Part shown: positions 48,641 to 57,720 of the stretch, piece after piece | Numbering within the stretch: the first letter of the stretch is position 1 | Layout of the letters: each line of letters starts with the position of its first letter | Source: Candidatus Woesebacteria bacterium GW2011_GWB1_39_10 | GTDB lineage: Bacteria > Patescibacteriota > Microgenomatia > UBA8517 | Assembly: GCA_000993205.1 (NCBI GenBank) | Contig: LBVU01000002.1 | Coordinates: forward strand, 117,079 to 181,078 | Direction: 5' to 3' | DNA: 64,000 nucleotides | Notes under the pieces: generated by a model | Database searches by the model: none | Seen by the model: the letters and a program-made list of their open reading frames with translations, nothing else | Told to the model about the DNA's origin: nothing | Translations under genes and position numbers: made by a program

Positions 48641-49717
48641 CTACTGAAGATTCTTGGCGTATTTGGAAAGAAGACTCCCCAAAGTTTCCGAAAATTCCAC
48701 GCCATTCATAGCCATTACTTCCGTCATTGGAAGACCCATATCTGGTCCGAATGCTGTATTGGGGTTACTATCAGTAAAATATGGAATGTGAGTGTTCTCG
48801 TCTACTCTAATATCAAACTTTGCATAATCTTTGTGTTGAAGACCTCCAAAGGCCCGTACAGCAAGTTTTTTAATTTCATACTTAAGACTTTCTTCTACAG
48901 GAACGTATTTATACGCTCTGGCATCTGAATACGATTCAAAACTTGTAAAAAAATGTTTGCCGTCAGGTCTTTTCCTGAATATTTTTTGCGCCATATAAAC
49001 GTGACGTTTGATATTGTCTTCAAAAACCACCACTGTTATTTCCGGACCGTCAATAAACTTTTCTACAATGACAGGAACTTTATATAGTGTAATCATGTTG
49101 TTAACCCTGAGTTTGGCGGCTCTGTCTGTTTCCTTTACTGCCGTGTCATTTATACCAACACTGCCACCACCCTCGTTCAATTTAACTATCAGAGGCAAAC
49201 CCAAATCTTCATCTATGTTTGTTCCGACACGCCTTATAAATTGAAACGGAGGTGTTGGAACATCGTAGGCCATGAGAAGTCTTTTTGTTAGATTGCGGTT
49301 GTTGCCAATAATAAGGCCTTCCATTCCCGCCCCGGTATATGGAATATTGGCAAGCTCAAGAGCCGCTGGGACCGACGGCTGAAGCTGATCCCGACCTTTT
49401 AAGGTGTCAACAAGATTAATGACCAAGTCCGGTCTATCTACCAACAAATTCGTATAAAAATATTGATCTCCGGGAAGGGTGCGTGTGGGAATTCCAAGCT
49501 TACGTACCTCCTCCGATACCTCTATCGCCCTCGCCTCCACTTCAATTTCCGCTTCGTAAGCGTCTTTTGTGGCAAAATTTTCCCGTTCAACAGAAGAATA
49601 TGCAACCACAACCAGCCGAAATTTTTTGAGAGCTTCTTTGTCTATAGACAAACGGATATTTTCCCTGGACGGAGATTTTTTTATTTCAACTTCTTCCTCA
49701 ACTTTGGCAGTGGGCAT
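48641..49717 (-). CDS. D-Ala-D-Ala ligase-like ATP-grasp protein
   Basis: IPYTGA, PLIVK..EGGSVGI, VEKFIDG.E, AKFDIR, DSNPN. Confidence 0.82.
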   Translation of the reverse strand: MPTAKVEEEVEIKKSPSRENIRLSIDKEALKKFRLVVVAYSSVERENFATKDAYEAEIEVEARAIEVSEEVRKLGIPTRTLPGDQYFYTNLLVDRPDLVINLVDTLKGRDQLQPSVPAALELANIPYTGAGMEGLIIGNNRNLTKRLLMAYDVPTPPFQFIRRVGTNIDEDLGLPLIVKLNEGGGSVGINDTAVKETDRAAKLRVNNMITLYKVPVIVEKFIDGPEITVVVFEDNIKRHVYMAQKIFRKRPDGKHFFTSFESYSDARAYKYVPVEESLKYEIKKLAVRAFGGLQHKDYAKFDIRVDENTHIPYFTDSNPNTAFGPDMGLPMTEVMAMNGVEFSETLGSLLSKYAKNLQ

Positions 49718-49768
49718 ATACATATAGTAAAAGGTAAAAAGTAAAAGGTAAAGATGTATAATTTTAGT

Positions 49769-50194
49769 ATGAAGAAAAAGGTCTTGGTCGGCGGGTGTTT
49801 TGATATCCTCCACTATGGACATATTCATTTCCTTAAAAACGCCAGGGCGCTTGGCGATTACCTGGTAATTGCGCTGGAATCAGATAAAAATATAAAAAGG
49901 ATAAAGGGATCTTTCCGCCCTATTCATGATCAGGATAAAAGGCGCGAAATTCTTGAATCTTTAAATTTTGTAGATGAAGTAATAATTTTAAAAGACGAAA
50001 TGCAGGATAGCGACTATTTTGAGTTGGTTGACAGGGTGCGACCCTGTACAATCGCCGTAACTTCGGGAGATTCCATGATTGAAAAGAAAAAAGCTCATGC
50101 GGCAAAGGTCGGGGCCAAAGTCATTGAAATCCCCAAAATTGAGTCTGCCTCAACTTCCAAGATTACCAAACTGCTGGAACTGGAAACGTCATAG
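49769..50194 (+). CDS. Cytidylyltransferase family protein (RibL/TagD-like)
   Basis: GCFDILHYGH, KGSFRP, STSKI. Confidence 0.88.
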   Translation: MKKKVLVGGCFDILHYGHIHFLKNARALGDYLVIALESDKNIKRIKGSFRPIHDQDKRREILESLNFVDEVIILKDEMQDSDYFELVDRVRPCTIAVTSGDSMIEKKKAHAAKVGAKVIEIPKIESASTSKITKLLELETS

Positions 50195-50236
50195 GGGAAA
50201 AGACTAATTGAAAAACTAATAGTCTTTTCCCCTTTT
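50194..50236. terminator. Terminator hairpin between convergent genes
   Basis: ggggaaaagacta...tagtcttttcccc-ttttt. Confidence 0.7.
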
Positions 50237-50249
50237 TGTCACAAACCCA

Positions 50250-50741
50250 CTATTGAGACGCAGAAATTGTTACTTTCGAAGATTTTTCCTGGCTCGAAAT
50301 CTGTTTTTTCATATACTGTGCGCCCGTCAGGGTCCATTTTCCCGATTGGAAAATGTATGTATTGCCTTTTTGGTCGTAGCAAAAGTCTCCCACTTTATGC
50401 AGGGGAACACTGTTTGCAAATATTGTAGGCAAAACATATACCCCTGGCGTGCTCTCAACAAGAATCTTTATGCCGAGAGATGCAAACCCAAACTCCAATA
50501 CTTCAACCTCATCTTCCTCCCAAAAAAATCTGTCGCTGTATGGGCTATTTCCGCCGGACATTTCGGCCCACCCTTTAGACGAGCGTACGTAATAATTTCC
50601 ATCCTTGTCGATAACTGTATCAGAATCAACTCCCGTTACCTCCAAAATTCTTCCATCATGAAAAATTTGTTTTCTTGTTGGTTTTGAAAAAAATGGAGTG
50701 CCCGGAACCCATCTTTCTCTCTTTTTTCTTTTTCTGCCCAT
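50250..50741 (-). CDS. Hypothetical protein
   Basis: 163-aa ORF preceded by AAAGGAG RBS. Confidence 0.65.
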   Translation of the reverse strand: MGRKRKKRERWVPGTPFFSKPTRKQIFHDGRILEVTGVDSDTVIDKDGNYYVRSSKGWAEMSGGNSPYSDRFFWEEDEVEVLEFGFASLGIKILVESTPGVYVLPTIFANSVPLHKVGDFCYDQKGNTYIFQSGKWTLTGAQYMKKQISSQEKSSKVTISASQ

Positions 50742-50807
50742 TTGGGCTCCTTTCTGGTAATGTACGATTTGTGACTTGGGTATTTTAGCACAAAATACCT
50801 CCAGCTA

Positions 50808-50835
50808 TTGACAAAATTCCTGTTGACCCTATAAT
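50808..50835 (+). promoter_or_regulatory. Consensus sigma70 promoter
   Basis: TTGACA-16 bp-TATAAT; AAGGAG RBS before 50891. Confidence 0.7.
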
Positions 50836-50890
50836 AAAGCCGAATACACACGAATGTTGTGTAAATCTTGTACATTAATTAAGGAGTAAC

Positions 50891-51124
50891 ATGGGTGAAT
50901 CCACTCAAACAGCACCAACGACAGTGACTGTAAAAGGCTCAAAAAAGTCCAGGCAAAGGCCATTGTTGACCCCGGATGAATTGGAAGCAATCAGGCTGAA
51001 CGACATCGAATGTAACAGTCGTCGAAAAGGCCATGCCGGGAAAACATGCCCAAATTGCGAAGCATTCAATTTGGCTGACCAGTATAAATGTCATACCTGT
51101 GGCTATGTTTTCGCCTGCCAGTGA
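50891..51124 (+). CDS. Small zinc-ribbon protein
   Basis: CPNC..CHTCG; strong RBS. Confidence 0.7.
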   Translation: MGESTQTAPTTVTVKGSKKSRQRPLLTPDELEAIRLNDIECNSRRKGHAGKTCPNCEAFNLADQYKCHTCGYVFACQ

Positions 51125-51339
51125 ATAAGTTCTTTTTTAAAGGAGAGCAGAAAACAACCAAATCACAAAAATTTGATTGCATACTCTACTCTCCGCACCA
51201 CCCCTATCCCCAATTTTTGGAAATAAACAGACAAAATAGTCCTCTTTTATGCAAAATTTTGAAAATTGGAATTTTGTGTATATAATAATGGCCTGTATCT
51301 GGCACGTTCGAAAATAAAAAAATTTTTCGGAGGTTCACC

Positions 51340-51597
51340 TTGAAAGAGATTAAATGCATCTGCAAACCGGAAGGCTCGGGATTAAACAAGAAATGCAAAC
51401 ACTGCCATCCAACGAGCAGATTACTCGCCAAACGTGAAGAGAAATGGTCCGCCAGAAAAGCCGGACATGACAAACATCGGTTGGCCGAAGATGTGCGGCG
51501 CGCAGCCAAAGGATATAAATTGGGAGAAATTCTCGCTGGTCACGGACCTGTCCAAGTCCCAGATCAAGAGGAAGAGGATTATGTCCCCCTCGCGTAA
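51340..51597 (+). CDS. Small Cys-containing basic protein
   Basis: CxC..CxxC; GGAGG RBS before TTG. Confidence 0.55.
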   Translation: MKEIKCICKPEGSGLNKKCKHCHPTSRLLAKREEKWSARKAGHDKHRLAEDVRRAAKGYKLGEILAGHGPVQVPDQEEEDYVPLA

Positions 51598-51712
51598 TAT
51601 GTACAAGCAAGCCAAACCAATCTACCCAAAAGGTCCTTCTAAACCCAAAAAGTCGGCCAATAAACATAAAAGCCAAGGGGCAAGAAAGATCACAAGGGAC
51701 GGGAAAAAGTAG
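51581..51712 (+). CDS. Small Lys-rich peptide (MSPSRNMYKQ...)
   Basis: GAGGA RBS; followed by hairpin. Confidence 0.4.
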   Translation: MSPSRNMYKQAKPIYPKGPSKPKKSANKHKSQGARKITRDGKK

Positions 51713-51728
51713 TTTTAGTTGAACAAAA

Positions 51729-51780
51729 ATACCGAAAGGTGGAATGAAAATTTTTCAGCCCACCTTTCGGTACGTCTTTT
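51729..51780. terminator. Terminator hairpin between convergent genes
   Basis: taccgaaaggtgg...ccacctttcggta. Confidence 0.7.
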
Positions 51781-51803
51781 AAGTTCTTCTTATTCGCTAT
51801 TCG

Positions 51804-52811
51804 CTATTTTAGCCTAGCTATATGCGCATCAACCATCATTCGCACTAATTCTTTAAAAGTTGTCGTCGGCGTCCAACCTAAAATCTTCTTGGCCTTTGCC
51901 GGGTTGGCCACCAAAGGACCTGTCTCGGTCGGGCGTACAAACCGCTTGTCAATCTCAACATATTCTTCCCAATTCAACCCAACGTACTCAAATGCCACTT
52001 CGCATAGCTCCCGAATCGAATGAGTTTCCCCCGTCCCGATTACAAAATCGTCCGGCGTAGATTGTTGCATAATCAACCACATTGCTTCAACAAAATCCCC
52101 TGTAAAACCCCAATCCCGTTTTGCTTCCAAATTCCCCAAGGCAACTTTTCCGTCTTTGACGATCGACTCCCCTTCTTCGTTCAAGTGGTCCGAGTTTTTG
52201 ATTCCCAGCTTCGCCGCTGCGGCTGCGTAAGTTACTTTTTGTGTCACAAAATTCAAGTGCCTCCTGGGAGATTCATGATTAAATAGTATTCCACAGGTGG
52301 CAAACATGTCGTAACTTTTCCTGTAAATTTTAGTCATCGCATGGGCATAGAGTTTGGCCGCTGCATAGGGGTTTGCGGGATTAAAGGGAGTTTCTTCGCT
52401 TTGGGGGATTTCCTTTACCCAACCATACATTTCGGAAGAGCTTGCTTGGTAAAACTTGGCTTTGGGAACCACGTCCCAGACTGCGTCAAGCACTCTGTGA
52501 GCCCCAATTGCCGTAATTTCAGCAGTGTGTATTGGTTGTTTAAAACTTTCGGCAGGATGGCTTTGGGCCGCTAAATTATAGACTTCATCCGGCTGGACCT
52601 TTTGTATAGCTTCACGGAGTGATACCGGGTCAAGTAAATCTGCCTGAATCAGGCGTAATTGGTCCTGAATATGGCCGATATTGTCATAAGCCATATTGCT
52701 GGTCTTCCTTACGATTCCTGCAACTTCGTACCCCTTGCCAAGAAGAAGTTCAGCTAAATATGAACCATCCTGACCGGTAATTCCTGTGATGAATGCTTTC
52801 TTCTTTGCCAT
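51804..52811 (-). CDS. gmd: GDP-mannose 4,6-dehydratase
   Basis: ITGITGQDGSYL, YQASSSE, PYAAAK, ILFNHESP, KRDWG. Confidence 0.96.
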   Translation of the reverse strand: MAKKKAFITGITGQDGSYLAELLLGKGYEVAGIVRKTSNMAYDNIGHIQDQLRLIQADLLDPVSLREAIQKVQPDEVYNLAAQSHPAESFKQPIHTAEITAIGAHRVLDAVWDVVPKAKFYQASSSEMYGWVKEIPQSEETPFNPANPYAAAKLYAHAMTKIYRKSYDMFATCGILFNHESPRRHLNFVTQKVTYAAAAAKLGIKNSDHLNEEGESIVKDGKVALGNLEAKRDWGFTGDFVEAMWLIMQQSTPDDFVIGTGETHSIRELCEVAFEYVGLNWEEYVEIDKRFVRPTETGPLVANPAKAKKILGWTPTTTFKELVRMMVDAHIARLK

Positions 52812-52814
52812 TCT

Positions 52815-53846
52815 TCATATATTAATGATAATTATCAATAAAATCCAGTGGACAATACTCAAAGGTTGAAACATTGAGTAGATTAGAAAAGACAAAAACG
52901 CGATTTTCTTGTTTATCTCAAGCCTAATGAACGCCTGATATAAAAATCCCAAAAATAAAATGAGACCAAGAATCCCCGTCCACATGGCAACATCCAAAAA
53001 TAAATTATGAGCGCGATCGACCGTTAAATCCGATAAAGGAAAGCCACTCTTAATAAAGGCATTGTCAAAAACAACTTCTCCACTCTCTGCCCCATAACCC
53101 AAAAGTGGCCTTTGTAATATTTGGCCAATTCCAAGTTTCCAAATAATCTGTCTGTTCTCAAAAGGAGAAATTCCTTTTCCTACTGTAAAAATATACAAAG
53201 ACAAAACCGCAACCGGAATTAAAATTATCAAGAAAGATTTTTTGATTCTCGCTAAAAGTGGAACTACCGCGAGAATTCCCGATCTTGATTGAGCGAAAAA
53301 AATCGCAAGAACGGGGATCAACAATAATAATTTGGGAAAGGACTCAAAGACAAAATATGAACCAATTGCTAAATATCCCGCCACTGCATTTGCCTCACCA
53401 ATTGTTCCCAGAGGATGACCCAGATATAATTTATTTCCCAAAAACTGAAAGAGTACAATCGCGCTTTCGATTAGAATTACCGCACTAACACTTTTGACCA
53501 AAAGTTTTTTGCGGTTACTACCCAAGATTCCAACAGTTTTACCGATAAGCCAAAGGGCAAGAAAAAAAATTACCCCTTGGTGTCTGTAACTTCCTCCCAA
53601 AAACGATTCCGCCGGATGGGCCCCGAAAAAACTGGAAATCGCTAAAATCAAAAGCCACACAAGAAAAAGGTAATCGGTTCTGGAAAAAACAAAATATTTT
53701 TTGTATCTCAATGCGCGCAATACCCAAAAAAGAATGAGCGGTATGCTTCCTATTAAAAAGTAGAAAATTTTAGGACCTTCGTATCCGCCTTTCCAAACGA
53801 CCAGAGGGAGAAGTGATACCCACAAAACAAAGAGGTATAAAATCAT
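52815..53846 (-). CDS. O-antigen ligase family membrane protein
   Basis: Multi-TM, QSRSG, RPLLGYG, RAHNLFLD. Confidence 0.85.
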   Translation of the reverse strand: MILYLFVLWVSLLPLVVWKGGYEGPKIFYFLIGSIPLILFWVLRALRYKKYFVFSRTDYLFLVWLLILAISSFFGAHPAESFLGGSYRHQGVIFFLALWLIGKTVGILGSNRKKLLVKSVSAVILIESAIVLFQFLGNKLYLGHPLGTIGEANAVAGYLAIGSYFVFESFPKLLLLIPVLAIFFAQSRSGILAVVPLLARIKKSFLIILIPVAVLSLYIFTVGKGISPFENRQIIWKLGIGQILQRPLLGYGAESGEVVFDNAFIKSGFPLSDLTVDRAHNLFLDVAMWTGILGLILFLGFLYQAFIRLEINKKIAFLSFLIYSMFQPLSIVHWILLIIIINI

Positions 53847-53908
53847 TAAATTTAATTATACCCAAAATAGCTATTGATATTAAATAATTACATGACTAAT
53901 ATTAATTG

Positions 53909-55726
53909 ATGGATTTTAAAACCAGATTTGATTCTCTGCCGGTACCCACCAAAAGGCTCCTTGGAATAGGTGTTGTTTTGGCCCTCGCAGTTGCTCTTCC
54001 CCTTTTTGTTTGGTCCATTATTACTCAAAGATTTCTAATCAATAAACGCGCCGCGTCCGGAGAGCCGGGTGTTTGTATCGCGCAAAATAAAATCATTATA
54101 GTTACCCCATCCTCAAACTCCAACGGAACCTGTCATGATATCCAAATGGCGATTAATGCGGTAACGGGAGAAGGATACACTGTTCAAATTGAGCCGGGAA
54201 TTTATAACATTGCTTCTACTATTAATGTAAGTGGAAAAACAACTATAAACATCACGGGTAATCCGCAGGCAGGTTCCGGCGCAACCGTCATAAACTCAAC
54301 TCCGGGTGGCGGTTGGGGTATTTTAGTAGAAAACTCGTCGGGAACGATTCAGTACCTGACAATGCAAGGAGGAAGTTCAAACGGAATGCTGAGTATTAAA
54401 AATAGCAACAATTTTTCGGTGGGATATGCAAACCTTAATTCTCAGACCTCTCATACCATGGACATTCAGGGTTCAAACACAATTAGTGTTTTTAATACAG
54501 AAATAACAAGCTCGGCCGGCGCGCTCGAAATCGGTGGATCAGCAAATATAAATATTTCGAATAATAAAATTCACAATTCCAATAATGCCATTGCAATCAA
54601 CAATTCATCCGGTGTTAGACTACTCGGTAATCTTATATACGGGAATCGTGAATCAGGCCTTGTTATTAACACCTATACGAATAATGTTAGGGATTTTAAG
54701 GCCATGCATAATACTTTCGTAAACAACGCTTTGGGCGGCAACACTATTCCAACCATATCTTTATTGGGAACATCCGGCCGCAATCTTGAATTCAGCAATA
54801 ATATAGTTTTGGGAGGCTTGGGGGCAGGGATTGGCTCCAAAAATCGTTTGCTTTTTAACACTTTTACTCTCAACGATATTTTTGGAAATACTCCAAATTA
54901 CGAGAGATATCCAAATCAAACCGGCAGGAGCGGGAACATTTCAAAAGACCCGCTTTTGAATAGCAACAACTTTATTTACTGCCCCTCACCCGCATCTCCC
55001 GTAGTTTATGGAAATATCGCAAACGGCAAATACATGGGCTATATCGGGCCCTGCGGAACATCAACCCCGCCACCGACTCCGACTCCATCTCCTACCCCAA
55101 CCGGATATCCGAGTCCGACACCGACTACGACGCCGACTGCTGTGCCGTCAGGAACGCCGGGAACAACTCCTCCCCCAACCGTAAGGCCTTTTCAAATTCT
55201 ATTTAAGTTTGATGGTGTAACAGACGGCTCGGCGGCAACCTCGGGTGCCACCGTCCGGTTTAGAGGAGGTCCAAATGGTTCCATTGACTTGATAACACCC
55301 ACAATTCCAACGACTTATATTGGCAGCGGAATCTATCAACTATATTTTGCAACGAATTTGCCTGACGATACCAACTACTCGGTTTCATTAAAAGGAGAAA
55401 AACACCTTGCAATTAGATTTTGCTACCCAAGCGAACAAACTACTTATTGTTCAGATAGTCAAGGACACATTGGTGTTTACAACGCTTCCGGTCCTGAGAA
55501 TTTGGACTTTACAGGAATTCCTCTTCCTGCAGGCGACACATACCCGCAAGACGGAGTTGTCAATTCTACCGACTACGACAGAGTAAGAAGTTTATTTAGC
55601 AAACCGGATTCCGAATTAACAACTACTGACAAACTTGTAGGCGATCTTAATTACGATGGGTTCATCGATATCCGAGACTCATTCCTGATTAGGAAAACAT
55701 TAGGAACCAGATACGATGAAAGCTAA
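53909..55726 (+). CDS. Surface protein with right-handed beta-helix and C-terminal dockerin-like domain
   Basis: IQMAINA, Asn-rich beta-helix repeats, PT linker, GD..QDGVVNSTD and GDLNYDGFIDIRD. Confidence 0.8.
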   Translation: MDFKTRFDSLPVPTKRLLGIGVVLALAVALPLFVWSIITQRFLINKRAASGEPGVCIAQNKIIIVTPSSNSNGTCHDIQMAINAVTGEGYTVQIEPGIYNIASTINVSGKTTINITGNPQAGSGATVINSTPGGGWGILVENSSGTIQYLTMQGGSSNGMLSIKNSNNFSVGYANLNSQTSHTMDIQGSNTISVFNTEITSSAGALEIGGSANINISNNKIHNSNNAIAINNSSGVRLLGNLIYGNRESGLVINTYTNNVRDFKAMHNTFVNNALGGNTIPTISLLGTSGRNLEFSNNIVLGGLGAGIGSKNRLLFNTFTLNDIFGNTPNYERYPNQTGRSGNISKDPLLNSNNFIYCPSPASPVVYGNIANGKYMGYIGPCGTSTPPPTPTPSPTPTGYPSPTPTTTPTAVPSGTPGTTPPPTVRPFQILFKFDGVTDGSAATSGATVRFRGGPNGSIDLITPTIPTTYIGSGIYQLYFATNLPDDTNYSVSLKGEKHLAIRFCYPSEQTTYCSDSQGHIGVYNASGPENLDFTGIPLPAGDTYPQDGVVNSTDYDRVRSLFSKPDSELTTTDKLVGDLNYDGFIDIRDSFLIRKTLGTRYDES

Positions 55727-56732
55727 ATTTTTTCTAAAGACTTTATTTGCTACCTGCCTTTTTTTTGTGGTAAGCGGATTTATGGGATCTGTGTCAGCAG
55801 CCCCCAGAATCTATTTCGAACCAGCCACTTACACCTCCTCTAAAAATACTGACTTCCAAATAAATTTAAAAATTGATGTCGAAAGTAAATCTACAACCGG
55901 CGCAAAAGTCACTCTTAATTTTCCATCCGATATCATAACTCTTAAGGATCCTGTCAGCGGAGGATATTTTAGCGATTTTTTGTTTTCACGAAGTGAGGGA
56001 AAAATTGTTATCAACGCTCAACCGGCTTTGGGCGACAGCAAAACTGGAAGTGGAATCTTAGCGGTTTTGACTTTGAGCTCCAACAAGGACACAGGAACCG
56101 GCGCAGTTATCATGGCTTGTTCGGGTAACGGAAATGATAGCTTTATACTTGACGCAACTGGCGCAAACATTTTGGACTGCGGGTCTATTAATCAATTAAA
56201 TCTTACGTACTCTTCAAGTGGCTCAAACGAGGGATCTGGCCCAACGAACGCGTGCGGAGGAACTTGTGGTAGTGTCTATAATTGCAACTCGGGACTATTC
56301 TGTTATCAAGGTTATTGTAGAAATCCGGACTGTAAAACCGATCTTACTTGTGGTTGTAAGGCCAGTCCGACACCGTCACCTACTGCGAAACCCAAAACTC
56401 CTGCCCCCACATTAAAGGCTTCGTCTACTCCCACTGTCGTCACATTGACAGAGTTTACTCCACTGCCCTCATCATCCGCTTCTGCTATACCGGCTTCGGT
56501 AAACTCAAAGCCCGGAGTCAATTTACAAAGCCTGGCGCTTTGGGCCGGGTTGGGAATTTTGGGGTTTGCTGTAATGTTTGCTGTAATCGGAATGATCAAA
56601 AGCAGAAACAAACCGCCAAAAATCACCCCTCCAACAGGATCAACAACTGAATCGCCTGTCCCTTCGGCGTATAATGTTCCGTCCGAGCCACCGCCCACAC
56701 CTCCGGTTGAGTCTCCTCCCGCCACTTTCTAA
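55716..56732 (+). CDS. Cohesin-like domain surface protein with C-terminal TM
   Basis: Signal peptide, RIYFEP..FQINLKID..VTLNF..GILAVLT, Cys-rich module, TM, Pro-rich tail. Confidence 0.72.
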   Translation: MKAKFFLKTLFATCLFFVVSGFMGSVSAAPRIYFEPATYTSSKNTDFQINLKIDVESKSTTGAKVTLNFPSDIITLKDPVSGGYFSDFLFSRSEGKIVINAQPALGDSKTGSGILAVLTLSSNKDTGTGAVIMACSGNGNDSFILDATGANILDCGSINQLNLTYSSSGSNEGSGPTNACGGTCGSVYNCNSGLFCYQGYCRNPDCKTDLTCGCKASPTPSPTAKPKTPAPTLKASSTPTVVTLTEFTPLPSSSASAIPASVNSKPGVNLQSLALWAGLGILGFAVMFAVIGMIKSRNKPPKITPPTGSTTESPVPSAYNVPSEPPPTPPVESPPATF

Positions 56733-56795
56733 AATTTCGGTTTTTGTGTTAAAATGGTAACTTAGAAAGATAGGTGATTTTATCAGACTATAAAA

Positions 56796-56990
56796 ATGTT
56801 CATACTAAAAAAGAATAAAGGCGAAAGCGACGACAAATTAATTGCCCGCTTTCGCAAAAAAACTATTGTAGAAGGTGTAATGCAGGAATATCGCGATCGC
56901 GAACACTATAAAAAACCTTCTGAAAAAAGAAAAGAGGCCAAATACAGAATTGCCCACTCTATTGAACTGGAAAAGAAACGCCACTTCTAA
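56796..56990 (+). CDS. rpsU: 30S ribosomal protein S21
   Basis: GES..LIARFRK, REHYKKPSEKR. Confidence 0.88.
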   Translation: MFILKKNKGESDDKLIARFRKKTIVEGVMQEYRDREHYKKPSEKRKEAKYRIAHSIELEKKRHF

Positions 56991-57027
56991 AATAACTAAG
57001 AGCTAAAAAGTAAGAACTAATAGCTTT

Positions 57028-57720
57028 TCACTTTTCGCTCTTCACTTTTAGTTTGTTGAGCCAAGTGGCGACGAAGGCTTTCCTGTGCAATTTAGTCGCT
57101 CCATATTTTTTGATGGCATTTTGGTGTTCTTTTGTCCCATACCCTTTGTTTTTACCCCATTTGTAAACTCTAAATTTTGGATTTTTGGAGATTTTTACCA
57201 TTAGTTTATCCCGATAGACTTTGGCGACAATTGAGGCTGCTGCGATTGAAATCGATTTCGTATCCCCTTTAATAATGGCCTTTTGGTTTTTTCTTCTTAG
57301 ACTCCTTACGTAAGGTATGAAGAAGGCGTCAATGAGTAGATACTCGATACTGGATACTTTGATACTCACACTTTTGATCGCTTTACGGAAAGCTATTTCT
57401 GAGGCTTTTTTTATCCCAAACCGATTTATTTGTGCCACACTTGCCTGTCCGATTCCAATCGCAAGTGCATTTTGCCGTATCCATTTATCTGCAACTTTCC
57501 TCTGTCTTGGAGTAAGTTGTTTTGAGTCGTTGATAATTATTTTGCGATTACCTTTCAAGACCGTGTCTTTAAAGGTGGTTATAGTATTTCTGTCAAAGAC
57601 AACACATCCTGCCACAATTGCGCCGGCAAAACAGCCTCTACCTACCTCATCCATACCGGCAACAACCTTAAAACCTTTATTCCACAGCTTCTTTTCAAAG
57701 GAGAAATCCGGAAGTGTCAT
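57028..57720 (-). CDS. rnhB: Ribonuclease HII
   Basis: GMDEVGRG, DSKQL, KGD, IAAASIVAKV, NKGYGT. Confidence 0.96.
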   Translation of the reverse strand: MTLPDFSFEKKLWNKGFKVVAGMDEVGRGCFAGAIVAGCVVFDRNTITTFKDTVLKGNRKIIINDSKQLTPRQRKVADKWIRQNALAIGIGQASVAQINRFGIKKASEIAFRKAIKSVSIKVSSIEYLLIDAFFIPYVRSLRRKNQKAIIKGDTKSISIAAASIVAKVYRDKLMVKISKNPKFRVYKWGKNKGYGTKEHQNAIKKYGATKLHRKAFVATWLNKLKVKSEK

